64,000 bases of DNA from the human T2T-CHM13v2.0 reference genome, Homo sapiens, in NCBI RefSeq assembly GCF_009914755.1, contig NC_060946.1; one strand, 5' to 3'. The translations under genes were made by a program, and so were the position numbers. Below, in pieces: positions 1 to 17,362 of this stretch (position 1 is its first letter; each line of letters begins with the position of its first letter). A model generated the notes under the pieces. The model saw only the letters and a list, made by a program, of their open reading frames with translations. It searched no databases and was not told where the DNA came from.

Positions 1-3000
1 TCAGGGTGATTCCATTGCTTTCCATTCCAATTCTTTCCATTCCAGTTGATACCATTGCATTGCATTGTTTCCTTTCCATTCCATTCCATTCCACTCGGTT
101 TTATTCATTTCCATTCCATTCCATTCCATTCCATTCCATTCCATTCCATTCATGTCGGGTTGATTACATTCCATTTCATTCCCTTTTATTCCATTCCATT
201 CCATTCCATTCCATTCCATTCCATTCCATTCCATTCATGTCGGGTTGATTACATTCCATTTCATTCCCTTTTATTCCATTCCATTCCATTCCATTCCATA
301 CCCTTCGGGTTGATTCCTCTCCATTCCATTCCATTCCATACCATTCCACTCCATTCCATTCCATTCCATTCCATTCTGGTTGATTCCATTCTGTTGAATT
401 TCTTTCCATTCCAATCCATTGCATTCCATTCCATTCCATTCCATTCCATTCCATTCCATTCCATTCTATTCCACTCGAGTTAATTCCATTCCTTTGAATT
501 CCATTGCTTTCCATTCCTTTCCATTCCATTCCTTTTCATTCTATTACACTCGGGTTGTTTCCATTCCATTCATTTCTTTTCCATTCCATTCCATTCCATT
601 CTTTTCCATTCCACTCATGTTGATTCCATTCTTTCCATTCCATTCCATCCCATTTCATTCCATTCCATTCCATTCCAGTTGATTCCATTGCATTCCATTC
701 CATTCCATTCCGTTCTATTCCTTTCCGTTCCACTCGGGTTGATTCCATTCCATTCCATTCCATTCCATTCCATTCCATTCCATTCCATTCCATTGCACTC
801 GGGTTGATGCCATTCCATTCCAATCCATTTTATTCCTTTCCATTCCATTCCATTCCATACCATTCCATTGGAGTGGATTCCATAACATTCCATTACATTG
901 CATTCCGTTCCTTTCCATTCCATTCCATTCCACACGTGTTGTTTCCATTCCATTCTTTTCCATTCCATTGAATTCCATTCCTTTCCATTTGGGTTGATTC
1001 CGTTCCATTCCATTCCATTCCATTACACTCCATTCCATTCCGTTCCACTCCATTCCATTCCATTCAATTCAATTCCACTCCATTCCAATCCACTCGTGTT
1101 CATTCCATTCCATTCCATTCTTGCCCGTTCCTTTCCATTCTATTCCGTTCCATTCCACTCCCTTACACTCGTGTTCATTCCATTCCGTTCCGTTCCATTC
1201 CATTCCATTCATTTCCATTCCTTTCCATTGCACTCCACTCGGGTTGATTCCATTCCATTCCATTCTATTCCATTCCGTTCAATTAAATTCCATTCCATTC
1301 CATTCCATTGCATTCCAGTTCATTCCATTCTTTTCCATTCTATTCCATTCCCTTCCATTCCATTCCATTCCCTTCCATTCCATTCCATTCAATTCAATTC
1401 CGTTGCATTGGAATCGGTTTGATTCCAATCCATTCCATTACATTCCAGTCTTTTCCATTCCATTCCATTCCACTCGGTTTGTTTCCATTACGTTGAATTG
1501 TATTCCATTCCATTCCATTCCATTCCATTCCATTCCATTGAAATTCATTGCATTTCATTCCACTCGGTTTGTTTCCTTTCCATTCCATTAGTTTCCAATA
1601 AATTCCATTCCTTTCATTCCATTCCATTCCATTCCACTCAGGTTGATTCCGTTCCATTCCATTCCATTCCATTCCATTCTAGTTGATTCCATTGCATTCC
1701 GTGCTGTTCCATTCCATTCCACTGCATTCGAATCCATTCCACTTGGGTTGATTCCATTCCATTCCATTCCATTCAATTACCTTCCATTGCGTTCCACTCG
1801 GGTTGATTCCATTACATTCCATTGCATTCCATTCCATTCCATTGCATTGCATTTCCTTCCATTCCAGTTGATTCCATTCCATTCCATTCCATTCCATTCC
1901 ATTCTATTCCACTAGTGTTAATTTCATTCGATTCCATTCCATTCCTGTTTTCCCTTCCATTCCATTCCATTCCATTCCACTCGGGTTGACTACATTCCAT
2001 GCCATTGCATTCCATTGCATTCCATTCATTTCTATTACATTCTATTCTTTTCTATTCCATTCCTTTCCACTCGAGTTGATTCCATTCCATTCTATTCCAT
2101 TCCATTCTATTCCATTCCTTACCGATCCATTCCATTCCATTCCATTTCAATCGGGTTGATTCCATTCCATTCAATTCTATTCCATTCCATTCCATTCCAT
2201 TCTACTCGGATGATTCCATTCCATTCCATTCCATTCCTTTTAAATTCATTGCATTGCTTTCCAGTTGAATCCATTGGATTCGATTCCGTTCCATTCCATT
2301 CCATTCCACTCGAGTTGATTCCACTCCGTTCCATTGGATTACATTCCACTTCATTCCTATCAGGTGGATTCCATTCCATTCCATTCCATTCCACTCCGGT
2401 TGATTCCATTCCGTTCCTTTCCATTCCATTCCATTCCATTCCATTCCGTTCCTTTCCATTCGTGTTGATTCCATTCCATTCCACTCCAATCCATTCCATT
2501 CCATTCCATTCCATTCCGTTCCACTCAGGTTGTTTCCATTCCATTCCTTTCCATTTCATTCTATTCCATTCCATTCCATTCCATTCCATTCTATTACATT
2601 CCATTCCACTCCATTCCATTCCATTCCTCTCCGGTTATTCCATTCAATTCTGTGCCATTCCACTCGGTTTTTTTTCCATTCCATTGCATTCCATTTTATT
2701 CCATTCCATTCCATTCCATTCCATTAAATTCCATTCCATTCCGTTCCACTCGGGTAGATTCCATTCCATTCCATTCCATTCCATTCCATTCCATTCCATT
2801 AGTTTCTAATGTGGTTGATTCCAATCCATTCCATTATATTCAAGTCCTTTCCATTCCATGCCATTCCACTCGAGTTCTTTCCATTTTGTTGGATTCCATT
2901 CCATTCCATTCCATTCCATTCCATTCCATTCTATTCCTTTCCATTCCATTCCATCCCATTCCATACCATTCCATCAAAGTTCATTGCATGTTATTCCATT

Positions 3001-6000
3001 CCATTCCATTCCATTCCATTCCATTCCATTCCATTCCACTCCATTCCTTTCCACTCGGGTTGATTCCATTCCATTCAATTTCCTTCCTTTCCGTTCCATT
3101 CCATTCAATTCCATTTCATTCCATTGCATTCCACTCGGGTTTATTCCATTCCATTCCATTCCATTCCATTCCATTCCATTCCCTTCGGGTTGATTCCTTT
3201 CCATTCCATTCCATTCCATACCATTTCACACCATTCCGTTCCATTCCATTCGGGTTGATTGCGTTCCATTCCATGCCCTTCTATTCCTTTCCATTCCATT
3301 CTATTCCCTTCCATACCATTCCACCAAAGTTGATTGCATGTTATTCCATTCCATTCCATTCCATTCCATTCCATTCCATTCCATTCCATTCCATTCCACT
3401 CGGGTTGATTTCATTCCACTCATTTCCATTCCGTTCCATTCCGATCCATTCCATTCCATTTCATTCCTTTGCTTTCCACTCGTGTTGATTCCATTCCATT
3501 CCATTCCATTGCATTCCATACCCTTCGAGTTGATTCCTTTCCATTCCATTCCATTCCATACCATTCCACTCCATTCCGTTCCATTCCATTCGGGTTGATT
3601 CCGTTCCATTCCATGACCTTTTATTCCATTCCATTACATTCCATTCCATTCCATACCATTCCACCAAAGTTGATTGCATGTTATTCCATTTCATTCCATT
3701 CCATTCCATTCCATTCCATTCCATTCCATTCCATTCCTTTCCACTCGGTTGATTCCATTCCTTTCAATTCCGTTCCATTCCGTTCCATTCCGTTCCATTC
3801 CATTCCATTTCATTCCATGGCATTCCACTCGGGTTGATTCCATTCCATTCCATTCCATTCTATTCCATACACTTCGGGTTGATTCCTTTCCATTCCATTC
3901 CATTCCATACCATTCCACTCCATTCCGTTCCATTCCATTCGGGTTGATTCCATTCCGTTCCATTCCGTTCCATTCCATTCCATACCATTCCACTATGGTT
4001 GATTCCATACCATTCCATTCCATTGCATTCCATTCCATTCCATTCCACTCGGGTTGATCCCATTCCATTCCATTCCATTCCATTCCATTCCATTCCATTC
4101 CATTCCTTTCCACTCGGGTTGATTTCATTCCATTCAATTCCGTTCCGTTCCATTCCGTTCCATTCCATTCCATTTCATTCCATTGCATTCCACTCGTGTT
4201 GATTCCATTCCATTCCATTGCATTGCATTCCATTCCATTCCATTCCATACCCTTCGAGTTGATTCCTTTCCATTCCATTCCATTCCACACCATTCCAATC
4301 CATTCCGTTCCATCCCATTCGGGTTGATTCCGTTCCATTCCATGACCATTTATTCCATTCCATTCCATTCTATTCCATACCATTCGGGTTGATTCCTTTC
4401 CATTCCATTCCATTCCATACCATTCCACTCCATTCCGTTCCATTCCATTCGGGTTAAGTCCATTCCGTTCCATTCTGTTCCATTCCATTCCATACCATTC
4501 CACTAGGGTTGATTCCATACCATTCCATTCCATTGCATTCCATTCCATTCCATTCCTCTCGGGTTGATTCCATTCCATTCCATTCCGTTCCATTCCATTC
4601 CACTGCATTCCATTACATTCCATTCCACTCCAGTTAATTCCGTTCCATTCCATTCCAATCCATTCCATTCCATTGGGGTCCATTCCATTCCATTCCATTC
4701 CATTCCGTTCCGTTCCGATCCATTCCATTCTATTCCATTCCAATCCATTCCATTCCATTCATTCCTTTCCATTCCATTCCATTCCACTCGGGTTGATTCC
4801 CTTCCATTCCATTCCATTAAATTCCATTCCATTCCATTCCACTCGGGTATATTCCATTCCATTCCATTCCATTCCATTCCATTCCACTCCTTTCCATTAG
4901 TTTCTAATCGGGTTGATTCCAATCAATTCCATTATATTCAAGTCCTTTCCATTCCATGCCATTCCACTCGGGTTCTTTCCATTTTGTTGTATTCCATTCC
5001 ATTCCTTTCCACTCCATTTCATTCCATTCCATTCAATTCCATTCCATTCCATTCCATTCCATTCCATTCCATTCCATTGCATTCCATTCCATTCCATTCC
5101 ATTCCAGTCCATTCCATTCCATTCCATTGCATTCCACTCGGGTTGTTTCCACTCCGTTCCATTAGTTTCCATTCCATTCCATTCCTTTCCATTCCATTCC
5201 ACTCAGGGTGATTCCATTCCTTTCCATTCCAATTCTTTCCATTCCAGTTGATACCATTGCATTGCATTGTTTCCATTCCATTCCATTCCATTCCATTCCA
5301 CTCGGTTTTATTCATTTCCATTCCATTCCATTCCATTCCATTCCATTCCATTCCATTCCATTCCATTCCATTCCATTCATCTCGGCTTGATTCCATTCCA
5401 TTCCATTCCCTTTTATTCCATTCCATTCCATTCCATTCCATTCCATTCCATTCCATACCATTCCACCAAAGTTGATTGCATGCTATTCCATTCCATTCCA
5501 TTCCATTCCATTCCATTCCATTCCATTCCTTTCCTTTCCACTTGGGTTGATTCCATTCCATTCAGTTCCGTTCTGTTCTGTTCCGTTCCGTTCCATTCCA
5601 TTCCATTCCATTCCATTCCATTCCATTCCATACCCTTCGGGTTGATTCCTTTCCATTCCATTCCTTTCCATACCATTCCACTCCATTCCATTCCATTCCA
5701 TTCCATTCCATTCCATTCCATTCTGGTTGATTCCATTCCCTTGAATTTCTTTCTATTCCAATCCATTCCATTCAATTCCATTCCATTCCATTCCATTCTA
5801 TTCCACTCGAGTTAATTCCATTCCTTTGAATTCCATTGCTTTCCATTCCATTCCATTCCTTTTCATTCTATTACACTCGTGTTGTTTCCATTCCATTCAT
5901 TTCTTTTCCATTCCATTCCATTCTTTTCCATTCCACTCATGTTGATTCCATTCTTTCCGTTCCATTCCATTCTATTCCATTCCAGTTGATTCCATTGCAT

Positions 6001-8013
6001 TCCATTCCATTCCATTCCATTCTATTCCTTTCCATTCCACTCGGGTTGATTCCATTCCATTCCATTCCATTCCATTCCGTTCCACTCTGGTTGATTCCAT
6101 TCCATTCCATTCCATTCCATTCCATTCCATTCCATTCCACTCGGGTTGATACCATTCCATTCCAATCCATTTTATTCCTTTCCATTCCATTCCATTCCAT
6201 ACCATTCCACTCGGGTGGATTCCATAACATTCCATTCCATTGCATTCCGTTCCTTTCCATTCCATTCCATTCCACTCGTGTTGATTCCATTCCATTCCAA
6301 TCCATTCCATTCCATTCCATTCCATTCCATTTGGGTTGATTCCGTTCCATTCCATTCCATTTCATTCCATTCCATTCCATTCCATTCCACTCCATTCCAT
6401 TCCATTCAATTCAATTCCATTCCATTCCACTCCATTCCTTTCCACTCGTGTTCATTCCATTCCATTCCATTCTTTCCCGTTCCTTTCCATTCTATTCCGT
6501 TCCATTCCATTCCCTTACACTCGTGTTCATTCCATTCCATTCCGTTCCATTCCATTCCATTCATTTCCATTCCCTTCCATTGCACTCCACTCGGGTTGAT
6601 GCCATTCTATTCCATTCTATTCCGTTCCATTCCATTCCCTTACACTCGTGTTCATTCCATTCCGTTCCGTTCCATTCCATTCCATTCATTTCCATTCCCT
6701 TCTATTGCACTCCACTCTGGTTGATTTCATTCCATTCCATTCTATTCCATTCCGTTCAATTAAATTCCATTCCATTCCATTCCATTGCATTCCAGTTCAT
6801 TCCATTCCTTTCCATTCCATTCCATTCCATTCCATTCCCTTGCATTCCATTCCATTCAATTCTATTCCATTGCATTGGAATCGGGTTGATTCCAATCCAT
6901 TCCATTTCATTCCAGTCTTTTCCATTCCATTCCATTCCACTTGGTTTGTTTCCATTACGTTGAATTGCATTCCATTCCATTCCATTCCCTTCCATTCCAT
7001 TCCATTCCATTCCATTCCATTCCATTCCATTCCATTGAAATTCATTGCATTCCATTCCACTCGGTTTGTTTCCTTTCCATTCCATTAGTTTCCAATAAAT
7101 TCCATTCCATTCATTCCATTCCATTCCATTCCACTCAGGTTGATTCCGTTCCATTCCATTCCATTCCATTCCATTCTAGTTGATTGCATTGCATTCCGTG
7201 CTGTTCCATTCCATTCCACTCCATTCGAATCCATTCCACTTGGGTTGATTGTATTCCATTCCATTCCATTCATTTCCCTTCCATTGCATTCCACTCGGGT
7301 TGATTCCATTCCATTCCATTGCATTCCATTCCATTCCATTCCATTTCCTTCCATTCCAGTTGATTCCATTCCATTCCATTCCATTCCATTCCATTCCATT
7401 CCATTCCATTCCATTCTATTCCACTAGGGTTGATTTCATTCGATTCCATTCCATTCCCGTTTTCCCTTCCATTCCATTCCATTCCATTCCACTCGGGTTG
7501 ACTTCATTCCATGCCATTGCATTCCATTGCATTCCATTCCTTTCTATTACATTCCATTCTTTTCCATTCCATTCCTTTCCACTCTAGTTGATTCCATTCC
7601 ATTCTATTCCATTCCCTACCATTCCATTCCATTCCATTCCATTCCATTCCATTTCAATTGGGTTGATTCCATTCCGTTCATTTCTATTCCATTCCATTCC
7701 ATTCCTTGCCACTCGGGTTAATTCTATTCCATTCCATTCCATTGCATTCCCTTCCATTCCATTCTACTCGGATGATTCCATTCCATTCCATTCCACTCGG
7801 GATAACTCCATTCCATTCCAATCCATTCCTCTCGGGTTGATTCCATTCCATTCCATTCCAATCCATTCCATTCCATTCCATTCCATTCCATTCCATTCCT
7901 TTCCATTCCATTCCATTCCTTTCCATTTGATTCCATTCCATTGAATTCCATTCCATTCCTTTCCATTGCAATCCTTTCCACTCGGGTTGATTCCATTCCG
8001 TTCCATTCCATTC
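1..8013 (+). repeat. Human Satellite III (HSat3) array, C-rich strand on +
   Basis: Diverged (CATTC)n interspersed with the classical SatIII 10-mer ACTCGGGTTG; ends abruptly at ...ttccattccattc|ttatgtc. Confidence 0.97.
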
Positions 8014-9817
8014 TTATGTCTTCCTATAAATTTTAGGATTTTGTTTCCATTTCTCTGAAGTGTGTTTTTAGTATTTCAATAAGGATTGCATTGAATCTGT
8101 AGATTGCTTTGTGAAGTATGGGTATTTTAATAATATTTACTCTTCCAATAAATGAACATGGACAATCTTTCCAGTTTTTTTGTGTCCTCTTTAATTTTTT
8201 GCATCGATATTTTATACTTTTCATTGTAGATATCTTTCACTTCTTCTGTTATGTTTATTCCCAGTTATTTTATTTTATTTGTCGCTATTGCAAATGGGAT
8301 TACATTCTTGATTTTCTTCTTTAGATTGTTCATTTTTTTCATTTAGAAATGCTACTCAATTTTGTAGCTTGATTTTTTATGTTGTGACTGTGAATTTGTT
8401 GATTAGTTCTAATAGTTTTTTGGTGGAGTCCTTACGTTTTTCCAAATATAAGATCAAGTCATCTGCAAACAATAAAACATTAATAATTTTACTTCTTTCC
8501 AATGTGCATCCCTTTTATTGTTTTTCTCTTGTCTGAATTGCTCTAGCTAGTACTTCCTGTACTGTGTTGAGTAACAGTGTTGGAAGTGGACATTCTTGTC
8601 TTGTTCCATATCTTAGAAGAAAGGCTTTCAGCTTTTCCCTGTTCAGGATGATACTGGCTGTGGGTCTGATGCATTTGGTTTTTATTTTGTTGTGGTATGT
8701 TCCTTCTATATCTAGTTATTTTTTGAGGGTTTCTTTTTATCACAGGGATGTTGAATTTTATTAAATGCTTTTCTGTATCAATTGAAATTATCATATGGTT
8801 TTTGTCCTTCATTCTGTTGATATGATGTGTCACATTGAGTGATTTGCATATGTTGAACCATGTTGGCATCATCGGGATAAATCTCACTTAGACGTGATGA
8901 ATGGTCTTTTTCATAGGATGTGTTTGGAAATACTACAGCCTTCTCTGTTTTTTGGGATAGTTTGGGTAGGATTGATAGTAATTCTGCCTTCAATGTTTGG
9001 TAAAATTAATCCATGAAGCCAGTGAAGCCATTGAATCCAGGCTTTTCTTTGCCAGGAGATGTTTTATTATGGCTTCAATTTCATTTATCCATTTCTTCTA
9101 GGTTTTTTTTTTGAGATGGAATCTTGCTCTGTCACCCAGGCTGCTTCGTGGTACAATCTCAGCTCACTACAGCCTCTGCCTCCCAGGTTCAAGTGATTTT
9201 CCTGCCTCAGCCTCTGGAGTAGCTGGAAGTACAGGTGCATGCCAACATACCTGGCTAATTTTTGTATTTGTAGTAGAGATGGGGTTTCACCATGTTGGCC
9301 AGGCTGGTCTTGAACTCCTGACCTCAGGTGATCACCTGCCTTGGCTTCCCAAAGTGTTGGGATTACAGGCATGAGCCACGGTGCCCAGCCATTTCTTCCA
9401 GGTTTTTCAATTTATTGGAATATAGTCAGTCATAATAGTTTCTAATGATTCTTTGAATTTCCACAGTATCAGTTATAGTGTCTCCTTTTCAATCTCTGGT
9501 TTTATGTATTGGAATCTTCTCTCTTTTTTCTTAGTCTGGTTAAATGTCTGTTGACTTTGTTGGTCTTTTAAAAATATTAACTTTTCATTTCATTGATATT
9601 TTATATTGCTAAATTTCAATTTCATTTATTTCTGCTCCAACCTTTGCTATGTTTCCTTCTACTAATTTTGGTTTTGGTTTGTTCTTACTTTTCTAATTAT
9701 TTAAGATGCATTATTAGGTTGTTTATTTGAAGCTTTTCTACTTTTTTTGATGTAGGTGCTTTTTTTCTATAAACTTACCTCTTAGTACTGTAGTACTGTT
9801 TTTACTGTATCCCATAG
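8014..9817 (-). mobile_element. Old L1 (L1P/L1M) ORF2 fragment, interrupted by an Alu
   Basis: Minus-strand ORFs 8033..8224 (WKDCPCSFIGRVNIIKIPILHKAIYRFNAI) and 8543..8887 ([28 protein letters not shown]) are degenerate L1 ORF2 RT sequence. Confidence 0.88.
9103..9390 (-). mobile_element. Alu (AluS-like) with target-site duplication
   Basis: Poly-T then Alu reverse consensus; flanks atttcttctagg (9091-9102) and atttcttccagg (9391-9402). Confidence 0.95.
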
Positions 9818-9818
9818 G

Positions 9819-10119
<301 letters not shown>

Positions 10120-10244
10120 TCTACCCTAGGTTTTGGTTTGACTTTAAACTTTTTCTTTTCTCGAAAACCCAGTGTCATGGTACTGGCTTCTTGTGCTTTG
10201 GGCAGTGAGTCCCTTTTACTTGATAACAGTGGTAGCTGGGACAA

Positions 10245-10540
10245 TTTGGCAATGTAAATAAATAAACAGCATCTAGATTGGAAAAGAAGAAGTACAGTTA
10301 TCTTTATGTACAGATGACATGATCTTGCATTTAGAAAATCGTAAGAAATTTACTAAAAAGTATTAGGACTCATGAACAAATTTAAGAATGTAACACTATA
10401 TAAGATTGGTATACAAAAATAACTGTATTTCTTTACCAAGAAATCAAGAATCCAAAAATGGAATTACAAAAATAAATCTTGTTACAATAGAATTAAAGCT
10501 GGGGAAGCTTAAACTTGAACACTAAAAACTACAATACATG
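10245..10540 (+). mobile_element. L1M ORF2 fragment
   Basis: gattggaaaagaagaagta...tctttatgtacagatgacatgatcttg resembles the L1 [18 protein letters not shown] region. Confidence 0.7.
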
Positions 10541-11059
10541 GTTAGCGTTGGAAACACCCAGATACCATCCCTGAGCCTTCTCTCCTTGGCTCTGAGGGCT
10601 TTACCTTCACGGGGTGAGGAAAGGGGTTGCATTCTTGGCTTTTACATTATATTAGGTGTGTTCGGGTTGAGGTATCTGCAATTCAAATGAGTATTACAAT
10701 CTCTACTTTTATGGATAAGAGACTGAGGCCCACCAAGAGAGGGAATGACAGTCCATATCCTGGAAGGCGAATTGTCAGGCACTGATTTCCGCTATTTAAC
10801 CCCTGCCAATCATCAAGTATTTAAAGGATCCCCAGATACCATACCAATAGGTGTTCAAGAGAGAGGCCTGTAATCTAGGCGTCTGAGAAAACAAGGCTAT
10901 AGATTCCAATATTAGAGACAACAGGGCTCTGGGAAGATTAAGGTTGAGTTTTCTGGATCTGCAGAATAGAGTCACTAAAGACCAATTGCAAGATCAGAGG
11001 AGATGAAAGAACAAGTCAGGGCATGCTTAGGAAAAGAGAATACCAGGGATAGGTTTTAG

Positions 11060-11485
11060 GCAAGAGTCACACTGAGGAAGGGCAGGTTCTTGGCGTCACT
11101 CAGGAAGAAATCCAAAAGCAAGCCTGTGGTGGAAGAAAGCAGCTCTACGGAGGCATTGGCGGTGTTACAACCCTGCATCCACTCCGGCAGGGCAGGGAGC
11201 CCTCCGTGGGTTGTGCTCCCAGAGCAGCAACCTAGGGGTGGCTTGTAGTCACTTTTATAATTCACTTTTAATGGCATGCTAATTAAGGGGGGGTTATTCA
11301 GAAATAGCTAGAAATGGGCAGTAACTTCCATCTGTTTCCATGGCAAGGGGTGGGGACTTCTCGTGATGCCATAGCATTGGCAAACTGTCATGGCACTTGT
11401 GGGAGCGTCTTCTGGTGATCTGAGGTGTGAGGTGCTTTCACTGTCTCTCCCAGTTTCCTGCGTGCCTCTTACCTGAAAGCCTATC
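11060..11485 (-). mobile_element. ERV1 (MER4-group) solo LTR, subfamily not assigned
   Basis: gggttcttggcgtcactcaggaagaaatc...gcaaactgtcatggcacttgtgggagcgtct resembles MER4-group LTRs in reverse orientation. Confidence 0.45.
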
Positions 11486-12037
11486 AACACCCCCATCTGC
11501 CCACCTACAAACGTCACTGCCCTTTCACCCCACCCCCGTTTCACACGCACTCCCACATCAACCCTGAGCATTCAAACCTGCGTTTCCCTGCTAGGAACCT
11601 CGGTGGTAGCCAGAGCTCTGAGAAACCCCTAGGCAGAACTCCTTGCCTAGTTTGTGGCAGAAATCAGGGAAGGAAAGGCAAATTTCAGGTCTTTCTCACA
11701 ATAAATAAATAAAGATAGGTAGATTTGATTGATGGATGGATGGATGAAACGTGGGAGGCTACGGGCAAATATTTATCAGACACTGGAAGTGAAAGTTGTC
11801 ACAAAGATTATGGAGTGCACCTGTCTTATGACCCTGTTATTTTATCCTAGTATATGCACTAGAGCATATTTTCTAACTGTGTAAATTGAAGGCTCACAAA
11901 TTAGTTTAGTGAGAGAAAAGATAACAGATTGGAAGAGAATTACCATATTCATTAGTTGTGTTTTTAAAATTTTAAAGTAAAATAGAGACATGATTTTTTT
12001 CATGCTTTCGAATGCATCTATAAAAAATAGACTTGAG

Positions 12038-12331
12038 GGCTGCGCGCAGTGGCTCACGCTTGTAATCCCAGCACCTTGGGAGGCCGAGGAGGGCGGATCA
12101 CCAGGTCAGGAGTTGGAGACCAGCCTGACCAACATGGTGAAAACCCGTCTCTACTAAAAATACAAAAATTAGGCGAGTGTGGTTGCGCGTGCCTGTAATC
12201 CCAGGTACTTAGGAGGCTGAGGCAGGAGAATCGCTTGAACCCGGGAAGCGGAGATTGCACTGAGCCAAGATTGCACCATTGCATTCCAGCCTGGGCGACA
12301 GAGTGAGACTCCATCTCAAAAAAAAAAAAAA
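12038..12331 (+). mobile_element. Alu (AluS)
   Basis: Full dimer with A-tail. Confidence 0.95.
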
Positions 12332-12519
12332 GTTACTCATTAATAGCATAGACCAATTGGCCTCTATTGAAATTTCTCCATTATTTTCACAATGTCCCAG
12401 GCTGTGAAACCAGTATTTAAGAAAGAACCAGAATGCCACATCTGTGTCAACTGGGTAGGGACCAGTCCTGATACATTAAGTCCGGGTCTCTGGGTAACTG
12501 GACTCAACTGCTGGGCAAA

Positions 12520-12700
12520 ACAGAATGTCCGGCGTGGGTTCCTAAAGGGGGACCGCAAAGCCTCATGGGAATTGTAGTGTCACCTTCCAATGATGTTACC
12601 ATCAAGGACCTTGGGAACCAGGTTTTCTCTCTGCGCATGCGCCGCCCGGCCCACTTCGCCATTTTCCTCCGGAAGTGTGGCACCCAGAGGCGGTCCTGTA
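12520..12700. promoter_or_regulatory. Orphan CpG-type housekeeping promoter remnant (ZNF143/THAP11, NRF1, GC box, YY1, ETS motifs)
   Basis: TGGGAATTGTAGT 12566-12578 (reverse complement ACTACAATTCCCA), TGCGCATGCGC 12632-12642, CCGCCC 12642-12647, CGCCATTTT 12657-12665 and CCGGAAGT 12669-12676, all within 111 bp. Confidence 0.7.
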
Positions 12701-12756
12701 GCAATAAACATACATGTGCATGTGTGTTTATAGCAGCATGTTTTATAGTCCTTTGG

Positions 12757-16282
<3,526 letters not shown>

Positions 16283-16345
16283 TATGATGTTAGCTGGTTA
16301 TTTTGCTCGTTAATTGACGCAGTTTCTTCCTAGTCTTGATGTTCT

Positions 16346-17362
16346 TTACAATTTGGCAAGTTTTTGCAGTAGCTGGTACCGATTGTGCCTTTCCATTTTT
16401 AGTGCTTCCTTCAGGAGCTCTTTTAGGACAGGCCTGGTGGTGACAAAATCGCTCAGCATTTGCTTTTCTGTAAAGTATTTTATTTCTCCTTCACTTATGA
16501 AGCTTAGTTTGGCTGGATATGAAATTCTGGGTTGAAAATTCTTTTCTGTAAGAATGTTGAATATTGGCCCCTACTCTCTTCTTGCTTGTAGAGTTTCTGC
16601 CAAGAGATCAGCAGTTATCCTGATGGGTTTCCCTTTATGGGTAACCTGACCTTTCTCTCTGGTTGCCCTTAACATTTTTTCCTTCATTTCAACTTTGGTG
16701 AATCTCACAATTATGTGTCTTGGAGTTGCTGTTCTCGAGGAGTATCTTTGTGGCGTTCTCTCTATTTCCTGAATCTGAATGTTGGCTGGCTTTGCTGGAT
16801 TGGGGAAGTTCTCCAGGATAATATCCTGCAGAGTGTTTTCCAACTTGGTTCCATTCTCCCCGTCACTTTCAGGTACACCAATCAGATGCAGATTTGGTCT
16901 TTTCACATAGTCCCATATTTCTTGGAGGCTTTGTTCATTTCTTCTTATTCTTTTTTTTCTAAACTTCCCTTCTTGCTTCATTTCATTCATTTCATCTTTC
17001 ATCACTGATACACTTTCTTCCAGTTGATCTCATCATCTCCTGAGGCTTCTGCATTCTTCACATAGTTCTCGAGCCTTGGCTTTCAGCTCCATTAGCTCCT
17101 TTAAGCACTTCTCTATATTGGTTATTCTAGTTATACATCCGTTTAAAGTTTTTTCAAAATTTTCAACTTCTTTGCCTTTGGTTTGAATTTCCTCCTGTAG
17201 CTCGGAGTAGTTTGATCGTCTGAAGCCCTCTTCTCTCAACTCGTCAAAGTCATTCTCTGTCCAGCTTTGTTCCATTGCTGGTGAGGAACAGCATTCCTTT
17301 GGCGGAGGAGAGGTGCTCTGCTTTTTAGAGTTTCCAGTTTTTCTGCTCTGTTTTTTCCCCAT
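16346..17362 (-). pseudogene. L1 ORF1p, disrupted
   Basis: MGKKQSRKTGNSKKQS... broken into ORFs 17033..17362 and 16571..17005 by stop codons. Confidence 0.92.

Noticed and set aside
1-8013. Dozens of ORFs (MEWNGMEWNG..., IPFHSIPFHS...) up to 355 aa
   Set aside because: Artefact of the stop-poor pentamer (CATTC)n; no coding evidence.
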